124,000 bases of DNA, taken from assembly GCF_000737315.1 (NCBI RefSeq), contig NZ_JMCB01000008.1, positions 144,001 to 268,000 of the forward strand. Reading direction: 5' to 3'. Shown here piece after piece: positions 55,324 through 67,336 of this stretch. Made by a program: the position numbers and the translations under genes. The stretch comes from Hyalangium minutum (GTDB taxonomy: Bacteria > Myxococcota > Myxococcia > Myxococcales > Myxococcaceae). The notes below the pieces were generated by a model. The model saw nothing but the letters and a program-made list of their open reading frames with translations. It made no database searches and was not told the origin of the DNA. The stretch's first letter is position 1. Each line of letters opens with the position of its first letter.

Positions 55324-56727
55324 TCACGCCGTCCCGCGCCCTGAAGGCGAAGGCCCTGCCCCCTGAGGCGCCGCCGCACTGCCATCCGCAGGAACTGCCG
55401 CAGCCGCCTTGGCCGCCGCCTGGGGCTCCACCGTCACCCGCACCACGCGCGGCCCTTCCACCTCGTCCACGACGATGCGCCACATGTCCAGCTTCAGGCT
55501 GTCGCCCTTCTCCGGCACCTTGCCCAGCTTCGTCATCAGGTAGCCCGCAATCGTCGTCACCTCGCCCTGCTCGTCCTCCTTCAGGTCGAAGTTGACGTCC
55601 AGCCGCTCCTCCAAATCGTCCAGCTGCGCCGTGCCCGGCAACTCGAAGCGGCCACCCGGCAGCGAGCGCACCTCGTCCATCCGCCGCCCCAGCTCCGCCA
55701 CGTCCCCCACCACCTCCGCCACCACGTCCGCGATGCTCACCAGCCCCGACGTGCCGCCGTGCTCGTCCACCACCAGCGCCGTCTGCCGGCGCCGCCGCCG
55801 GAACTCCGCCAGCAGCTGCTCCAGCGTCACGTTCTCCGGGATGAACAGCACCGGCCGCTGCACCTGCGACAGGGCCCTCAGCTCCCCCCTCGACAGCAGG
55901 AAGAACAGGTCCTTCGCATTCACCACGCCCTCCACCTCGTCCAGGCTCCCGCGGCACACCGGCAGCCACGTGTGCCCCGCCGCCCGCGCGTCCGCGATGC
56001 ACTTCTCCAGCGGCTCCTCCACGTCCAGGTACTTCACCTGGTTCCGAGGCACCATCACCTGCCGCGCCGTCTTCTGCGCCATCTCCAGCGCCCGCTCGAG
56101 CAGCTCCGCTCGCGCCGTGGTGATCGACCCCGCCTCCGCCGAGCTGTTCAGGATGACTTTCAGCTCGTCCTCGCTGTGCGCCTCGTGCGTCTCGCTCGCC
56201 GACTCCAGACCGAACAGCCGCAGCAATCGCCCCGCAATCCCGTTCAGCAGCCAGATCGCCGGGTAGAACAGGAAGTAGAAGGCCCGCATCGGCAGCGCCA
56301 CCGCCAGCGTCGTGGCCTCTGCCCGCTGGATCGCCAAGCTCTTGGGCGCCAGCTCTCCCACGATGATGTGCAGGAACGTGATGATCACGAACGCGACCGC
56401 CACCGCCGCGCTGTGCCCCACCGTGGCCACCGCCTCCGCTGGGACAATCCGCGCGATCACCGGCTCCAGCAGGTGCGCGAACGCGGGCTCACCCAGCCAG
56501 CCCAGCCCCAGCGACGCCAAGGTAATGCCGAACTGCGTGGCGGAGAGGTAGGCATCCAGCTTCTCCACCATCTTCAGCGCGTTGCCCGCCCCGGGCTTGC
56601 CCTCGTCCACCATCGCCTGCAGGCGCGTGCCGCGGATCTTCACGATGGCGAACTCCGTCGCCACGAAGAAGCCGTTTGCGAACACCAACAGAATCGCCAG
56701 TCCTAGGAAGATCCACTCGCTCGCCAT
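55324..56727 (-). CDS. Hemolysin/CNNM family (DUF21-CBS-CorC)
   Basis: NGFFVATEFA; TQFGITLASLGLGWLGEP; VDEHGGTSG. Confidence 0.95.
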   Translation of the reverse strand: MASEWIFLGLAILLVFANGFFVATEFAIVKIRGTRLQAMVDEGKPGAGNALKMVEKLDAYLSATQFGITLASLGLGWLGEPAFAHLLEPVIARIVPAEAVATVGHSAAVAVAFVIITFLHIIVGELAPKSLAIQRAEATTLAVALPMRAFYFLFYPAIWLLNGIAGRLLRLFGLESASETHEAHSEDELKVILNSSAEAGSITTARAELLERALEMAQKTARQVMVPRNQVKYLDVEEPLEKCIADARAAGHTWLPVCRGSLDEVEGVVNAKDLFFLLSRGELRALSQVQRPVLFIPENVTLEQLLAEFRRRRRQTALVVDEHGGTSGLVSIADVVAEVVGDVAELGRRMDEVRSLPGGRFELPGTAQLDDLEERLDVNFDLKEDEQGEVTTIAGYLMTKLGKVPEKGDSLKLDMWRIVVDEVEGPRVVRVTVEPQAAAKAAAAVPADGSAAAPQGAGPSPSGRGTA

Positions 56728-56731
56728 GGCG

Positions 56732-57547
56732 TTAGAACAACGCCTCGAACTCGGGATCGCCCTTGAGAGAGTCGAACATGGGGTCCGTCGACAGCCACCC
56801 CATCACCTTCCCCTTGTCCGCCGCCAACGCCTTCTGCAGGAACGACACCGCGTCCTTGGGCCGCCCCCACAGCGCGTACAGCGCCGCCAGGTTGTAGTTC
56901 AGCAGCAGATCCTCGCCGTTCAGCGTCCGCGCCTTCTCGTACGCCCGCTCGGCCTCCGCGTAGAAGCCCTTCTGCGCGTAGCAGATGCCCAAGTCCAGAT
57001 GCGCCTCGAAGTTGTCCGCCTCCAGCCGCACCACCTCTTTGAGCTGGGTGATGGCCGAGCGGTAGTCCCCCTCGTCCATCTGCAGCGCGGCCAGCTCGTG
57101 CCGGGGGAACGCATCCTGCGAGTCCAGCTCGATGGCCGTCTGCAGCTCGCGCATCGCCTCCTCCACCCGGCCCTGGTCCGCGTACGTGAGCCCCAGGTTC
57201 AGGTGGGCGTCCGGGTACTCCGGATCCAGCTCGATGGCCTCCTTGTACTCCTCCACCGCCATCTCAGCCGCATGGGTGGAGAGGAAGCAGGCGAGGTTGT
57301 AGTGCGCCGTGGCGCTGTCCGGCTCCAGCTTGAGCGCCGTGAGGTACTCGCTCAGCGCCTCACGGAAGAGCTTCTTCTCCGCGTACACCGTCGCCAGGTT
57401 GTCGTGGGCGTGCGCCGAGGCGGGATCCAGATCGATCGCTTTCTTGAACTCCTTGATTGCCTCGTCCAGCCACCCGCGGTCCGCGAGCTCGATTCCCCGG
57501 GAGTTGTGCTCGTCGGAGAGTGCAATGTTGTCCTTTTCGCGGGCCAT
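56732..57547 (-). CDS. TPR protein
   Basis: Multiple AHxNL TPR repeats. Confidence 0.9.
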   Translation of the reverse strand: MAREKDNIALSDEHNSRGIELADRGWLDEAIKEFKKAIDLDPASAHAHDNLATVYAEKKLFREALSEYLTALKLEPDSATAHYNLACFLSTHAAEMAVEEYKEAIELDPEYPDAHLNLGLTYADQGRVEEAMRELQTAIELDSQDAFPRHELAALQMDEGDYRSAITQLKEVVRLEADNFEAHLDLGICYAQKGFYAEAERAYEKARTLNGEDLLLNYNLAALYALWGRPKDAVSFLQKALAADKGKVMGWLSTDPMFDSLKGDPEFEALF

Positions 57548-57609
57548 GAATCGCCGGGCAATCTACGCGCCGCCAATCGAAGGGCGCAAGGTAGAGTTTC
57601 CCTCCACTT

Positions 57610-58851
57610 ATGCGCCACTTCGCCCTGTTGCTGCTGCTGGCCACCGCGTGCACCCTCCGTCCGCTCCCGGACGCGCCTCCGGGCTCCCCGGGCAACCCGC
57701 CGGGCCGCGATCCCACCGCGCCGCCGCAGGACCCCGGCCCCTGGGCCCCCGAGCCTCAGAAACCGGGCACGCTAAACGTTCCAAACCCGACAGCCCCGGC
57801 TCAGCCCGCGGCCACCCTGGCCCCCCGTCCCGTCACCCTGCTGGTGGGCGGAGATGTGACGGTGGGCCACCACTACCAGACGTACTTCGACGAGCAGGTG
57901 GGCAAGGGCCGTACGCGCGAGGAGATGTTCGCCTACGGCTTCAAGGAGGTGAAGGCGGTGGCGGACACGGCGGACCTGTTCCTCGTGAACCTCGAGTGCC
58001 CCTTCACCGAGAGCTCCGACAAGCTGCCCAAGAACTTCAACTTCCGCGCCCGGCCCGAGTTCGTGAACACCCTGCTGGCGGGAGGCGTGGACGTGGTGAG
58101 CCTCGCCAACAACCACATGATGGACTACGGCCCCCAGGGGCTCGTGGACACGCTGATGACGCTGGAGCAGGCGAAGATTCCCCACTTCGGCGCCGGCCGC
58201 ACCCTGGCCGAGGCCCGCCGCCCTGCCCTCGTCACCGTGGGCGGTGTGCGCTTCGCCTTCCTGGGCTACTTCTTCCTCGGCGACCGCAACATCGAGCCCG
58301 CCCAGGTGTACGCCACCGAGACGACGCCCGGCGTGGCCGGCCACTACTCGGACGTGGCGGTGCTGGAGCGGATGCTCCGGGAGGACATCCTCGCGGCCAA
58401 GGCCCAGGCGGACGTGGTGCTCCCCTTCTTCCACTGGGGCGTCGAGAGCACCTACAACCCCCTGCCCTACCAGCTCCAGTTGGCGCGCGCGGCCATCGAG
58501 GCGGGCGCGGCAGGAGTGCTCGGCAGCCACCCGCACGTGCTCCAGGCCATGGAGCTGCACCAGGGCGCTCCGGCCATCTACTCGCTGGGGAACTTCGTGT
58601 TCGGGGGCAACTGGAACCCCAAGGACAAGCGCAGCGCGCTCCTCAAGGCCCGCTTCTCCCCGGGCGGCTACCTGTCGAGCGAGCTCATCCCGCTGCGCAC
58701 GGACCGGTACCCGGAGTTCCCCATGCAGCCCAGCGTCGTCTCCGGCCCTGAGGCCGCCGAGGTGCTCAAGCTGCTGGCTTCCAGCTCCGCGAAATTGCCC
58801 CGCATGCTGCCTGAGCTGGAGCCCTACCGCCCGGCCAGCGCCTCCCCCTAG
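57610..58851 (+). CDS. CapA/PGA_cap family metallophosphatase lipoprotein
   Basis: GGDV, VNLE, SLANNHMMDYG, HWG, GSHPHV, YSLGNF. Confidence 0.92.
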   Translation: MRHFALLLLLATACTLRPLPDAPPGSPGNPPGRDPTAPPQDPGPWAPEPQKPGTLNVPNPTAPAQPAATLAPRPVTLLVGGDVTVGHHYQTYFDEQVGKGRTREEMFAYGFKEVKAVADTADLFLVNLECPFTESSDKLPKNFNFRARPEFVNTLLAGGVDVVSLANNHMMDYGPQGLVDTLMTLEQAKIPHFGAGRTLAEARRPALVTVGGVRFAFLGYFFLGDRNIEPAQVYATETTPGVAGHYSDVAVLERMLREDILAAKAQADVVLPFFHWGVESTYNPLPYQLQLARAAIEAGAAGVLGSHPHVLQAMELHQGAPAIYSLGNFVFGGNWNPKDKRSALLKARFSPGGYLSSELIPLRTDRYPEFPMQPSVVSGPEAAEVLKLLASSSAKLPRMLPELEPYRPASASP

Positions 58852-58883
58852 CTACGGGGGGAGGGCTCGGGCGCGAGCGGGTG

Positions 58884-59012
58884 TTACTTGTGGCGGGCCT
58901 TGTTGCTCTGGCCGCGCACCGCGCGCTTCCGGCGGCGCTTCAGGACGGACTTCTTCGTCTTCGCGCGGTTGGACAGCTTCTTCTTGCTGCGATTTCCCTT
59001 CTGGGCGGGCAT
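58884..59012 (-). CDS. 42-aa highly basic small protein
   Basis: MPAQKGNRSKKKLSNRAKTKKSVLKRRRKRAVRGQSNKARHK; divergent from prfA. Confidence 0.6.
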   Translation of the reverse strand: MPAQKGNRSKKKLSNRAKTKKSVLKRRRKRAVRGQSNKARHK

Positions 59013-59162
59013 GTTCTGGCACTCCAGTGCAGTTGTTGAGCCGCAGTGTAGCGGCAACGGGCGCCCTTCTTTCACGCCCCTGGCCAGCCTTCCAAGGAAT
59101 TTCTTGAGGCCTTCCACCCTTGCCAGCGGGCAGGCAACGGGGCAATACCCCGGGTAACAACG

Positions 59163-60262
<1,100 letters not shown>

Positions 60263-60266
<4 letters not shown>

Positions 60267-61144
60267 GCAGCGACACCTGGACCATCCGCAAGGTCCTCAC
60301 CTGGACGACCCAGCACTTCGAGAAGCGCCAGGTGGACGCGCCGCGGCTCACCGCCGATGTGCTGCTGTCCCACGTGCTGAAGGTGAGCCGGGTGCGCCTC
60401 TACGTGGACCTGGATCGGCCGCTCTCCAAGGAGGAGCTGGCCTCCTTCCGCGCCCTCATCGAGCGCCGCATCTCCGGCGAGCCCACCCAGTACCTGACCG
60501 GTGTGAAGGAGTTCTACAACCGCCCGTTCAAGGTGGATCAGCGGGTGCTCATCCCCCGCCCCGAGACGGAGCTGCTGGTGGAGGCCAGCTTGCACGCGCT
60601 GCCCAAGGACACGCCCAGCCGCGCCCTGGATGTGTGCACGGGCTCCGGCTGCATCGCCGTCAGCCTGGCCGCCGAGCGCCCCCAGGCCTCGGTCCTGGCC
60701 ACGGACCTGTCGCCCGAGGCCTGCGCCCTGGCCCGGGAGAACGCCGAGGCCCTCGGTGTGGGCGCCCGCGTCACCATCGTCCAGGGGGACCTGTTCACCC
60801 CCGTGCCGCCGGACGCGCGCTTCCACCTCGTCGTCTCCAATCCGCCGTACATCGAGACGGGGGAAATCCCCAGTCTGTCGGCGGAGGTGCGCCGGGAGCC
60901 TCACCTGGCCCTGGACGGCGGGAAGGATGGGCTCGACGCCCTGCGCCGCGTCATCCGGGAGGCCCGCCGCTTCCTGCGGCCTGGCGGCCTCCTTGCAATG
61001 GAGATTGGAGAAACCCAGGGGAACGCCGTCCGGGAGCTCCTCCAAGCCGCGGGGTACGAGAACGCGCGGGTGGAGAAGGACCTGGAGCGGCGGGACCGCT
61101 TGGCTTTTGGGACACAACCTGCGGCCACCGGGCCACAGGCGTGA
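60263..61144 (+). CDS. prmC: Release factor Gln methyltransferase
   Basis: VLIPRPETE; CTGSG; SNPPY. Confidence 0.97.
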
Positions 61145-61154
61145 GACAGGACCG

Positions 61155-62423
61155 ATGGACAAGATCGTCGTGAAGGGTGGCCCCGCGCTGCACGGGGAGG
61201 TGAAGGTCTCGGGAGCGAAGAATGCCGCGCTCCCCATCCTCGCCTCCTCGCTGCTGGCCGACGGGACAAGCGTCTACCGCAACGTGCCGGACCTGGTGGA
61301 TGTGTCCACCATGCTCAAGGTGCTCAACACCATGGGCTGCGAGGCCGAGCGCCTCACCGGCCGCCAGAAGAACGTCTGCCAGGTCGCCGTGGGTGGCAAC
61401 ACCATCACCCCCGAGGCCCCGTACGACTTGGTGAAGACCATGAGGGCCTCCGTGCTGGTACTCGGGCCGCTGGTGGCCCGCTACGGCCGCGCCCGCGTCT
61501 CCATGCCCGGTGGCTGCGCTATTGGCGCTCGGCCCATCGATCAGCACCTCAAGGGGCTCAAGGCCCTGGGCGCCGACATCACCCTCACCGAGGGCTATGT
61601 GGAGGCCCGCGCCAAGCACCTCAAGGGCGGCACGGTCAACTTTGACGTCATCACCGTCACCGGCACGGAGAACGTGATGATGGCGGCGGTGCTGGCCAAG
61701 GGCCACACCGTCCTGGAGAACTGCGCCCGCGAGCCCGAGGTGGAGGAGCTGGCCAAGGTCCTCAACAAGATGGGCGCCCGGATTGAGGGCGCCGGCACCT
61801 CCGTCATCACCATCGACGGGGTGGACTCCCTGCACCCAGTGGAGCACAGCATCCTCCCGGACCGCATCGAGGCAGGGACCCTGCTGGTGGCCGCAGCCAT
61901 CAGCGGCGGAGACGTGCTGGTGAAGCACGCCGTGCCCGAGCACCTGGAGCCCGTCATCCAGAAGCTGCGCGAGGCCGGCTGCACCCTCACCACCGAGAAC
62001 GGCGGCATCCGCTGCAAGGCCCCCAAAACCATCCACCCGGTGGACGTCACGACGACGGAACACCCGGGATTTCCAACGGATATGCAGGCTCAGCTGATGG
62101 TGCTGATGTGCGTGGCCAACGGCACCTCGGTCATCTCGGAGAACATCTTCGAGAACCGCTTCATGCATGTGGCGGAGCTGCATCGCATGGGCGCCGACAT
62201 CACCATCCAAGGCCCCACGGCCGTGGTGAAGGGGGTCAAGAAGCTGTCCGGTGCGCCCGTCATGGCCACGGACTTGCGGGCCAGCGCCTCGCTGATCCTC
62301 GCCGGCCTGAGGGCCGAGGGCCGCACGGACGTGGCCCGCGTCTACCACCTGGACCGGGGCTACGAGCGGCTCGAGCGCAAGCTGCGGGGCCTGGGAGCGG
62401 ACATCCGCAGGGTCAAGGCCTGA
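61155..62423 (+). CDS. murA: UDP-GlcNAc 1-carboxyvinyltransferase
   Basis: SGAKNAALP; GGCAIGARP; [10 protein letters not shown]. Confidence 0.98.
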   Translation: MDKIVVKGGPALHGEVKVSGAKNAALPILASSLLADGTSVYRNVPDLVDVSTMLKVLNTMGCEAERLTGRQKNVCQVAVGGNTITPEAPYDLVKTMRASVLVLGPLVARYGRARVSMPGGCAIGARPIDQHLKGLKALGADITLTEGYVEARAKHLKGGTVNFDVITVTGTENVMMAAVLAKGHTVLENCAREPEVEELAKVLNKMGARIEGAGTSVITIDGVDSLHPVEHSILPDRIEAGTLLVAAAISGGDVLVKHAVPEHLEPVIQKLREAGCTLTTENGGIRCKAPKTIHPVDVTTTEHPGFPTDMQAQLMVLMCVANGTSVISENIFENRFMHVAELHRMGADITIQGPTAVVKGVKKLSGAPVMATDLRASASLILAGLRAEGRTDVARVYHLDRGYERLERKLRGLGADIRRVKA

Positions 62424-62548
62424 GGGCAGCGGGACGGTCCGTTGCCAACAGATCGCCCGACACCGGTTGCATCCGGAAATTTGGGCGCCCTATCATTCTC
62501 CGAACCACGGGGAGCAAGGCTCCCCCTACCAGGAGAACGAGCCGCCCC

Positions 62549-62938
62549 ATGAACTGTCCCGCATGCAACGTCGAGATGGCCGATCTCGAAGGGGACGACA
62601 TGACGTTGCGCAAGTGTGGAGAATGCGGCGGTCTCTGGATCGACGTGGCGGACCTCAACCGGGTCCTTCTCCACAGCAACCTCCCCGGGCTGGAGAGTCA
62701 GGGCGGCAAGGTGGATGCGGAGGCGCTCACCGGTCAGTGCCCCGAGTGTCAGGTGGATCTGGTCCGCGTCACCGGGGGTGATCGCCAGCACCCTCTCAGC
62801 TACGACACCTGCGAGTCCTGCGGCGGCATCTTCCTGGAGTCCGAGTTCCAGGACGCCACGGACGTGAAGGTCGCCGTGAAGGAGATCGTCGACTTCTTCA
62901 AGGCGTTCAGCGCGAAGAAGAAGTCGGCCGCCGTCTAG
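62549..62938 (+). CDS. Tandem zinc-ribbon (zf-TFIIB) protein
   Basis: CPAC...CGECGGLW; CPEC...CESCGGIF. Confidence 0.85.
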   Translation: MNCPACNVEMADLEGDDMTLRKCGECGGLWIDVADLNRVLLHSNLPGLESQGGKVDAEALTGQCPECQVDLVRVTGGDRQHPLSYDTCESCGGIFLESEFQDATDVKVAVKEIVDFFKAFSAKKKSAAV

Positions 62939-62974
62939 GCCAGCAAGGCCCCCGAAGGGGCCCTCGTGCGCCGC

Positions 62975-63829
62975 TCAGCCACGGCTCCGGAAGGGCTGCT
63001 TCCACTCGTCCGGGAGCTCGCCGTCCAGGGTGAGCGTGTACTCGCCCGGCTGGCCCTCTGCCTCCTCGCGGGTGAAGCGGACGGACACCTTGCCCTTCTT
63101 CGGAATCTCCAGCGTCACCTTCGAGCTTGAGACCGAGTAGGTGCCCGTCAGCACGGTGGGCTCCTCGCCTCCCAGCGGCTCCAGGGTGAAGCGGTACGTC
63201 CCGTCCACATAGAAGGACAGGAAGCGATCCGGCGCACCCTGCAGGCCGCCGAACCACGTGCCCACCACCGGCGCCTGGCGCGCGTCGTACTTGAGCACCG
63301 GGGCCAGCTTCGTCCCGTTGAGCGCCTTGCCCTGGTAATAGAAGACGACGTCCGTGAGGCAGACGGGGATCTGCGACTCGGAGCCGGGGAACACGTCCTT
63401 CACCTCCAGCGTGAACCAGCCGCCGGTGACGGGCGGGTTGAGCGGCACCGTCTGCTGGCCCCGCTTGTCCTCCAGGGTGAAGTTGCGCGCGCTGTCCTTG
63501 CCCTCCAGGGAGATCTTCTTGGCCCGGGCGTAGCCCTTGAAGGACTCCCGATCCGTGCCGTTGCCCGTGTACACGCGCACCTCGTCCACGGTCGTCACGC
63601 CCTTGAAGCCGATGGTCAGCCGCGCGGGGGCTCCCTCTCCCTCGGGGGCGCACCACACGGTGGTGTCCCGCCCGTCGAGCACGTTCAACGGAGTGTATTT
63701 CCCGGGGTTGGAGTCCTTCTCCAGGTAGTCCCCCGACTGGGCATAGCCCACGGAGGGAGGGGGCGCGGCAAGCGCGCTCGGAGCGGTGGCGAGCATCAAC
63801 AAGGGCGGCAAGACGAGGTGGCTTCGCAT
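62975..63829 (-). CDS. Exported protein with discoidin-like (glycan-binding) domain
   Basis: Signal peptide; NVLDGRDTTVWC; start moved to MRSHLV. Confidence 0.75.
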   Translation of the reverse strand: MRSHLVLPPLLMLATAPSALAAPPPSVGYAQSGDYLEKDSNPGKYTPLNVLDGRDTTVWCAPEGEGAPARLTIGFKGVTTVDEVRVYTGNGTDRESFKGYARAKKISLEGKDSARNFTLEDKRGQQTVPLNPPVTGGWFTLEVKDVFPGSESQIPVCLTDVVFYYQGKALNGTKLAPVLKYDARQAPVVGTWFGGLQGAPDRFLSFYVDGTYRFTLEPLGGEEPTVLTGTYSVSSSKVTLEIPKKGKVSVRFTREEAEGQPGEYTLTLDGELPDEWKQPFRSRG

Positions 63830-63967
63830 GATCCCGCATCTTGGATCGCCCTCCGGGTGCCCCTCCAGTCCACGGACCGTCCGGATGAAAACCGGGGCTG
63901 CGGTGTTTGCGATGCTTGACACCCCGTCCCTACGGGGAAGAGTAGGCGGCCGATGCGAGGGAACGCG

Positions 63968-65911
63968 ATGCGACGTCTGGGCTGGATTCTGGTGTGTGCG
64001 GCGCTGGCTGGCTGCCCCAAGGGCAAGGACGAGGTGCCCGATGCGGGACCGGCGGATGCCGGCCCGGACGTTTTGAGCGAGAAAGAGCCCAACGAGCGGC
64101 CGGATCAAGCGCTGACGCTGACGCGAGACGCGGTGGTGAACGCGGCGCTCTCGGCGGATCCGGCCAAGGGCGACGAGGACTGGTACCGGCTGGCGCCCGC
64201 CTCCCCTCGCACGGCGGAGATCACCGTGTCCGGCATCCCCGGCGGGGACGTGACGATCGAGGTGTATGACCGGGACCGCAACCGGCTGGGCGGTGTGAAC
64301 AGCGAGGGCGAGGGCAAGCCGGAGCGCTACCCGAACCTCTACGTCGAGGGCGAGCGCTACGTGCGCGTGGCCCCCGCTCGCAAGGGCAGCGGCGGGGCGT
64401 ACACCCTGACACTCAGCTACCGGCGGCCCAATGACGGCGAGGAGCGCGAGCCCAATGACCGGGCCGTGGACTCGACGCCGCTGGCGCTCGGGCAGACGGT
64501 GGCGGCCTACATCGGCCACGCGGGAGATGAGGACTGGTACCGCATCGAGCTGCCGGCCCAGGAGGCAGCCACCCCGCCCGCCCCCACTGAGGGGACGCCG
64601 CCGGCTCCCACCCCTCCTCCCGCTCCCGCTCCCACCGAGGGGGCCACGCCCCCGGCCCCCCAAGGGACACCGGCCGCTCCTCTGGCCGAAGGGGAGACGC
64701 CTCCGGCTGCCGCTCCTACCGAGGGCTCCACGCCTCCTCCCGCCGAGGGAGCTGCCACGCCCCCGCCGTCGGGCACGGGCACGGAGATCCCCACCGGAAC
64801 GGCGACAGCGACACCTCCGCCTGCGGCGCCCCCTCCCCCGCCGCCCGCGGAGCCTCCAGGCGTAGCACTGAAGATCGAGCTGTCCTCCATCGAAGGAGTC
64901 CGTCCGGAGCTGGCGGTGCTGTCCGCCGCGGAGGCTCCGCTCTTCTCGCTGCGTGCCAGCAAGGAGGGCGAGGCGCTCACGCTGCGCAACATCGGCGTGC
65001 GGGCCACGGATCAGGTCGTCTACGTGGTGGTGAAGAGCGGCTGGGTGGGCTCGGGCAAGGAGGCCAAGCGGACCTACAACGCCACGACGCCGTACACCCT
65101 CTCCGTGTCGCTCGAGGAGGCGGGCTCCAACGCCGAGCTGGAGCCCAATGACGAGCTCTTCAAGGCGACGCCACTGCAGGGCTCGGGCTTCAAGGAGGGC
65201 TTCCTCTCGCCGAAGAACGACGTGGACTACTACGTGCTGCACACCACCGAGCCCATGCTGGCGAAGGTGGAGGTGTCCGGCGTGGAGCGGCTGGACTTGG
65301 TGCTGTCGGCGGTGGATGCGCCCACGGGCGACGGGCAGCAGGAGACGGTGACGCTGAAAGCCAACGACGGCACGCTGAAGGAGCCCGAGCGCCTCAACAA
65401 CGTCTCGTGCAACGGCACCTGCTACTTCAAGGTGGAGGGAGCCTCGCGCAAGGTCGACGGCAAGTGGGTGCGGGACTACGAGAACCCGGACCAGCCGTAC
65501 CGCATCACCATCACCGCGGTGCCGGACAACGGCAGCGAGGAGCGCGAGCCCAACAACACCGTGGACCGGGCCATGGAGATCACCACCGGCAAGTCGGTGC
65601 GCGGCACGGTGTACCCGCCGAAGGACGTGGACTACTACCGGTTGGACCTCACGGACCGGCCGGTGCGCACGCCCATCCAGGCCACGCTGCTGGGGATCCT
65701 CAAGGTGGACGTGGGCCTGTACCTCCACCGGGTGGGCGAGGACGGCAAGCTGACGCTCGTGCAGACGTCGGATCGCGCCAAGGGAGACCAGCCCGAGCGC
65801 ATCCGCTACAGCCTGGAGCCCGGCGTCTACATCTTCGAGGTCCGCGACGCGAAGAACCGCGAGTCCAACTTCCAGGACCCGTACCAACTCACCGTCTCCG
65901 AGGGAGAGTAA
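63968..65911 (+). CDS. Lipoprotein with repeated PPC-like domains and Pro/Ala/Thr linker
   Basis: LAGC lipobox; four E-EPN...D-DxY repeats. Confidence 0.8.
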   Translation: MRRLGWILVCAALAGCPKGKDEVPDAGPADAGPDVLSEKEPNERPDQALTLTRDAVVNAALSADPAKGDEDWYRLAPASPRTAEITVSGIPGGDVTIEVYDRDRNRLGGVNSEGEGKPERYPNLYVEGERYVRVAPARKGSGGAYTLTLSYRRPNDGEEREPNDRAVDSTPLALGQTVAAYIGHAGDEDWYRIELPAQEAATPPAPTEGTPPAPTPPPAPAPTEGATPPAPQGTPAAPLAEGETPPAAAPTEGSTPPPAEGAATPPPSGTGTEIPTGTATATPPPAAPPPPPPAEPPGVALKIELSSIEGVRPELAVLSAAEAPLFSLRASKEGEALTLRNIGVRATDQVVYVVVKSGWVGSGKEAKRTYNATTPYTLSVSLEEAGSNAELEPNDELFKATPLQGSGFKEGFLSPKNDVDYYVLHTTEPMLAKVEVSGVERLDLVLSAVDAPTGDGQQETVTLKANDGTLKEPERLNNVSCNGTCYFKVEGASRKVDGKWVRDYENPDQPYRITITAVPDNGSEEREPNNTVDRAMEITTGKSVRGTVYPPKDVDYYRLDLTDRPVRTPIQATLLGILKVDVGLYLHRVGEDGKLTLVQTSDRAKGDQPERIRYSLEPGVYIFEVRDAKNRESNFQDPYQLTVSEGE

Positions 65912-65938
65912 CCGAGCGGACGGAGCCGTCACTTCTCA

Positions 65939-65967
65939 TTGACAAGCCCCAGCCGGGCTCCTACCTT
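65939..65967 (+). promoter_or_regulatory. Sigma70 promoter of tRNA-Gly
   Basis: TTGACA-N17-TACCTT. Confidence 0.7.
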
Positions 65968-65985
65968 GCGAACGCTTCTCGGTAC

Positions 65986-66058
65986 GCGGTGGTAGCTCAG
66001 TTGGTAGAGCACGAGCTTCCCAAGCTCGGGGTCGCGGGTTCGAATCCCGTCCGCCGCT
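65986..66058 (+). tRNA. tRNA-Gly (anticodon CCC)
   Basis: Complete cloverleaf: GCGGTGG/CCGCCGC acceptor, AGTTGGTA D-loop, TTCCCAA anticodon loop, TTCGAAT T-loop. Confidence 0.97.
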
Positions 66059-66066
66059 CACTCGTA

Positions 66067-66107
66067 AAGGCCGGTAGTTCCTGAGGAAACTCGGAGCTGC
66101 CGGCCTT
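66067..66107. terminator. Hairpin after tRNA
   Basis: aaggccggtagttcc...ggagctgccggcctt. Confidence 0.65.
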
Positions 66108-66120
66108 CGTGTTTCCAGGG

Positions 66121-67212
66121 CTACTTGCGCAGCGCGGAGGCGAGGACGAAGCGGCCGCACAGCTCGAGGGCGAGGTCGGACTCCGGCTGGCCATAGAAGC
66201 TGCCGGTGAAGACGGCCACCAGGTTCAGCGAGGGGAAGACGAAGAGGTACTGGCCTCCGTTGCCCCGAGCGAACCAGGCTTCTACGGGCGTGTCACCGAT
66301 GCCGAACGTGTTGACCCACCACAGGTGGCCATACTTCGAGTCCCCGAGCGGATGGCGCCCTACCGTCGACTCCCGCACCCAGTCCTCGGGAAGAACCTGC
66401 AGGCCTTGCCACCGGCCTCCGTCCAACATCACCTGTCCCAGCCGAGCGAAGTCCCGAGGGCGCAGGTGGAGGTGTCCGCCCGTGTCGGTGCGCCCGCCAT
66501 CCGCCGCCTGCCACGCGAAGTCGGTCACCCCCAGCGGCTCGAAGAGGTGGCGGCGCGAGAACTCGGGGAACGTCGTGCCCGCGGCGTCCTCCACCAGCGC
66601 GCCCAGCACCACCACGCCGCCGGTGCAGTACGCACTCGACTGGCCTGGCTCCTCCACCATCGGCAAGTCGAGGATGAACTTCACCCAGTCCCGCGAGTCG
66701 TACATCCGCTCTTCCTTGCCGGGAGAGTCCTCCTGCCAGTCGTTGCACGCCAGCCCGGTGCGCATCTCCAGCAGGTGGCGCGGCGTCAGCCGCTCCTTGC
66801 GCGCATCCGCGTTCTGGAAGGGCGCGTACCGGCTCAGCAGGGGCAGGATGGGCGCATCCAAGCCCGGCAGCAGCTTCTGCTCCAGGGCGATGCCCGTCAG
66901 CATCGAGGTGACGCTCTTGGTGGCCGAGCGCAGATCATGCGGCGTGTCGCGGCGGAAGCCGTTCCAGTAGCGCTCGTACACGAGCTTGCCGTTGCGCACG
67001 ATGAGCAGCGAGTCCGGCGCGCGGTAGTCTCCGGCCTCGAGCTTCCGCTCCAACTCCGCGAGCCTCGCGGGGTTCATCCCCTCGGCTTCCAGCGAGGAGA
67101 CGGGCCACCCGTCCCCGGTCGAATCCACCGGACTGCCAGGACCCTCCATCCCCAGGCCTCCGCAGGCCACCAATCCACATGCGAGCACCATCCCGACAAG
67201 CCAGTTTGCCAT
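66121..67212 (-). CDS. Serine hydrolase (beta-lactamase family) lipoprotein
   Basis: LRSATKS (SxxK); LVAC lipobox; ARGNGGQ. Confidence 0.9.
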   Translation of the reverse strand: MANWLVGMVLACGLVACGGLGMEGPGSPVDSTGDGWPVSSLEAEGMNPARLAELERKLEAGDYRAPDSLLIVRNGKLVYERYWNGFRRDTPHDLRSATKSVTSMLTGIALEQKLLPGLDAPILPLLSRYAPFQNADARKERLTPRHLLEMRTGLACNDWQEDSPGKEERMYDSRDWVKFILDLPMVEEPGQSSAYCTGGVVVLGALVEDAAGTTFPEFSRRHLFEPLGVTDFAWQAADGGRTDTGGHLHLRPRDFARLGQVMLDGGRWQGLQVLPEDWVRESTVGRHPLGDSKYGHLWWVNTFGIGDTPVEAWFARGNGGQYLFVFPSLNLVAVFTGSFYGQPESDLALELCGRFVLASALRK

Positions 67213-67336
67213 GGGCTCTCCAGACTCGGTTCAGGCCCGCGCTTCCACTGGGGCCGAAAGGTACCGCCAGAAGAAGGAGAACAGGAAGCCCACCGTGCGG
67301 CTTGACTGAACGAAATTTCAGGCTCACCTTGGGGAG

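Noticed and set aside
63968-65911. ABC substrate-binding protein or secreted peptidase
   Set aside because: Only PPC-like repeats are visible; no SBP or catalytic motif.
62975-65932. 985-aa ORF in the track
   Set aside because: Only the last 284 codons (from 63829) look real; the rest is antisense to the PPC lipoprotein.
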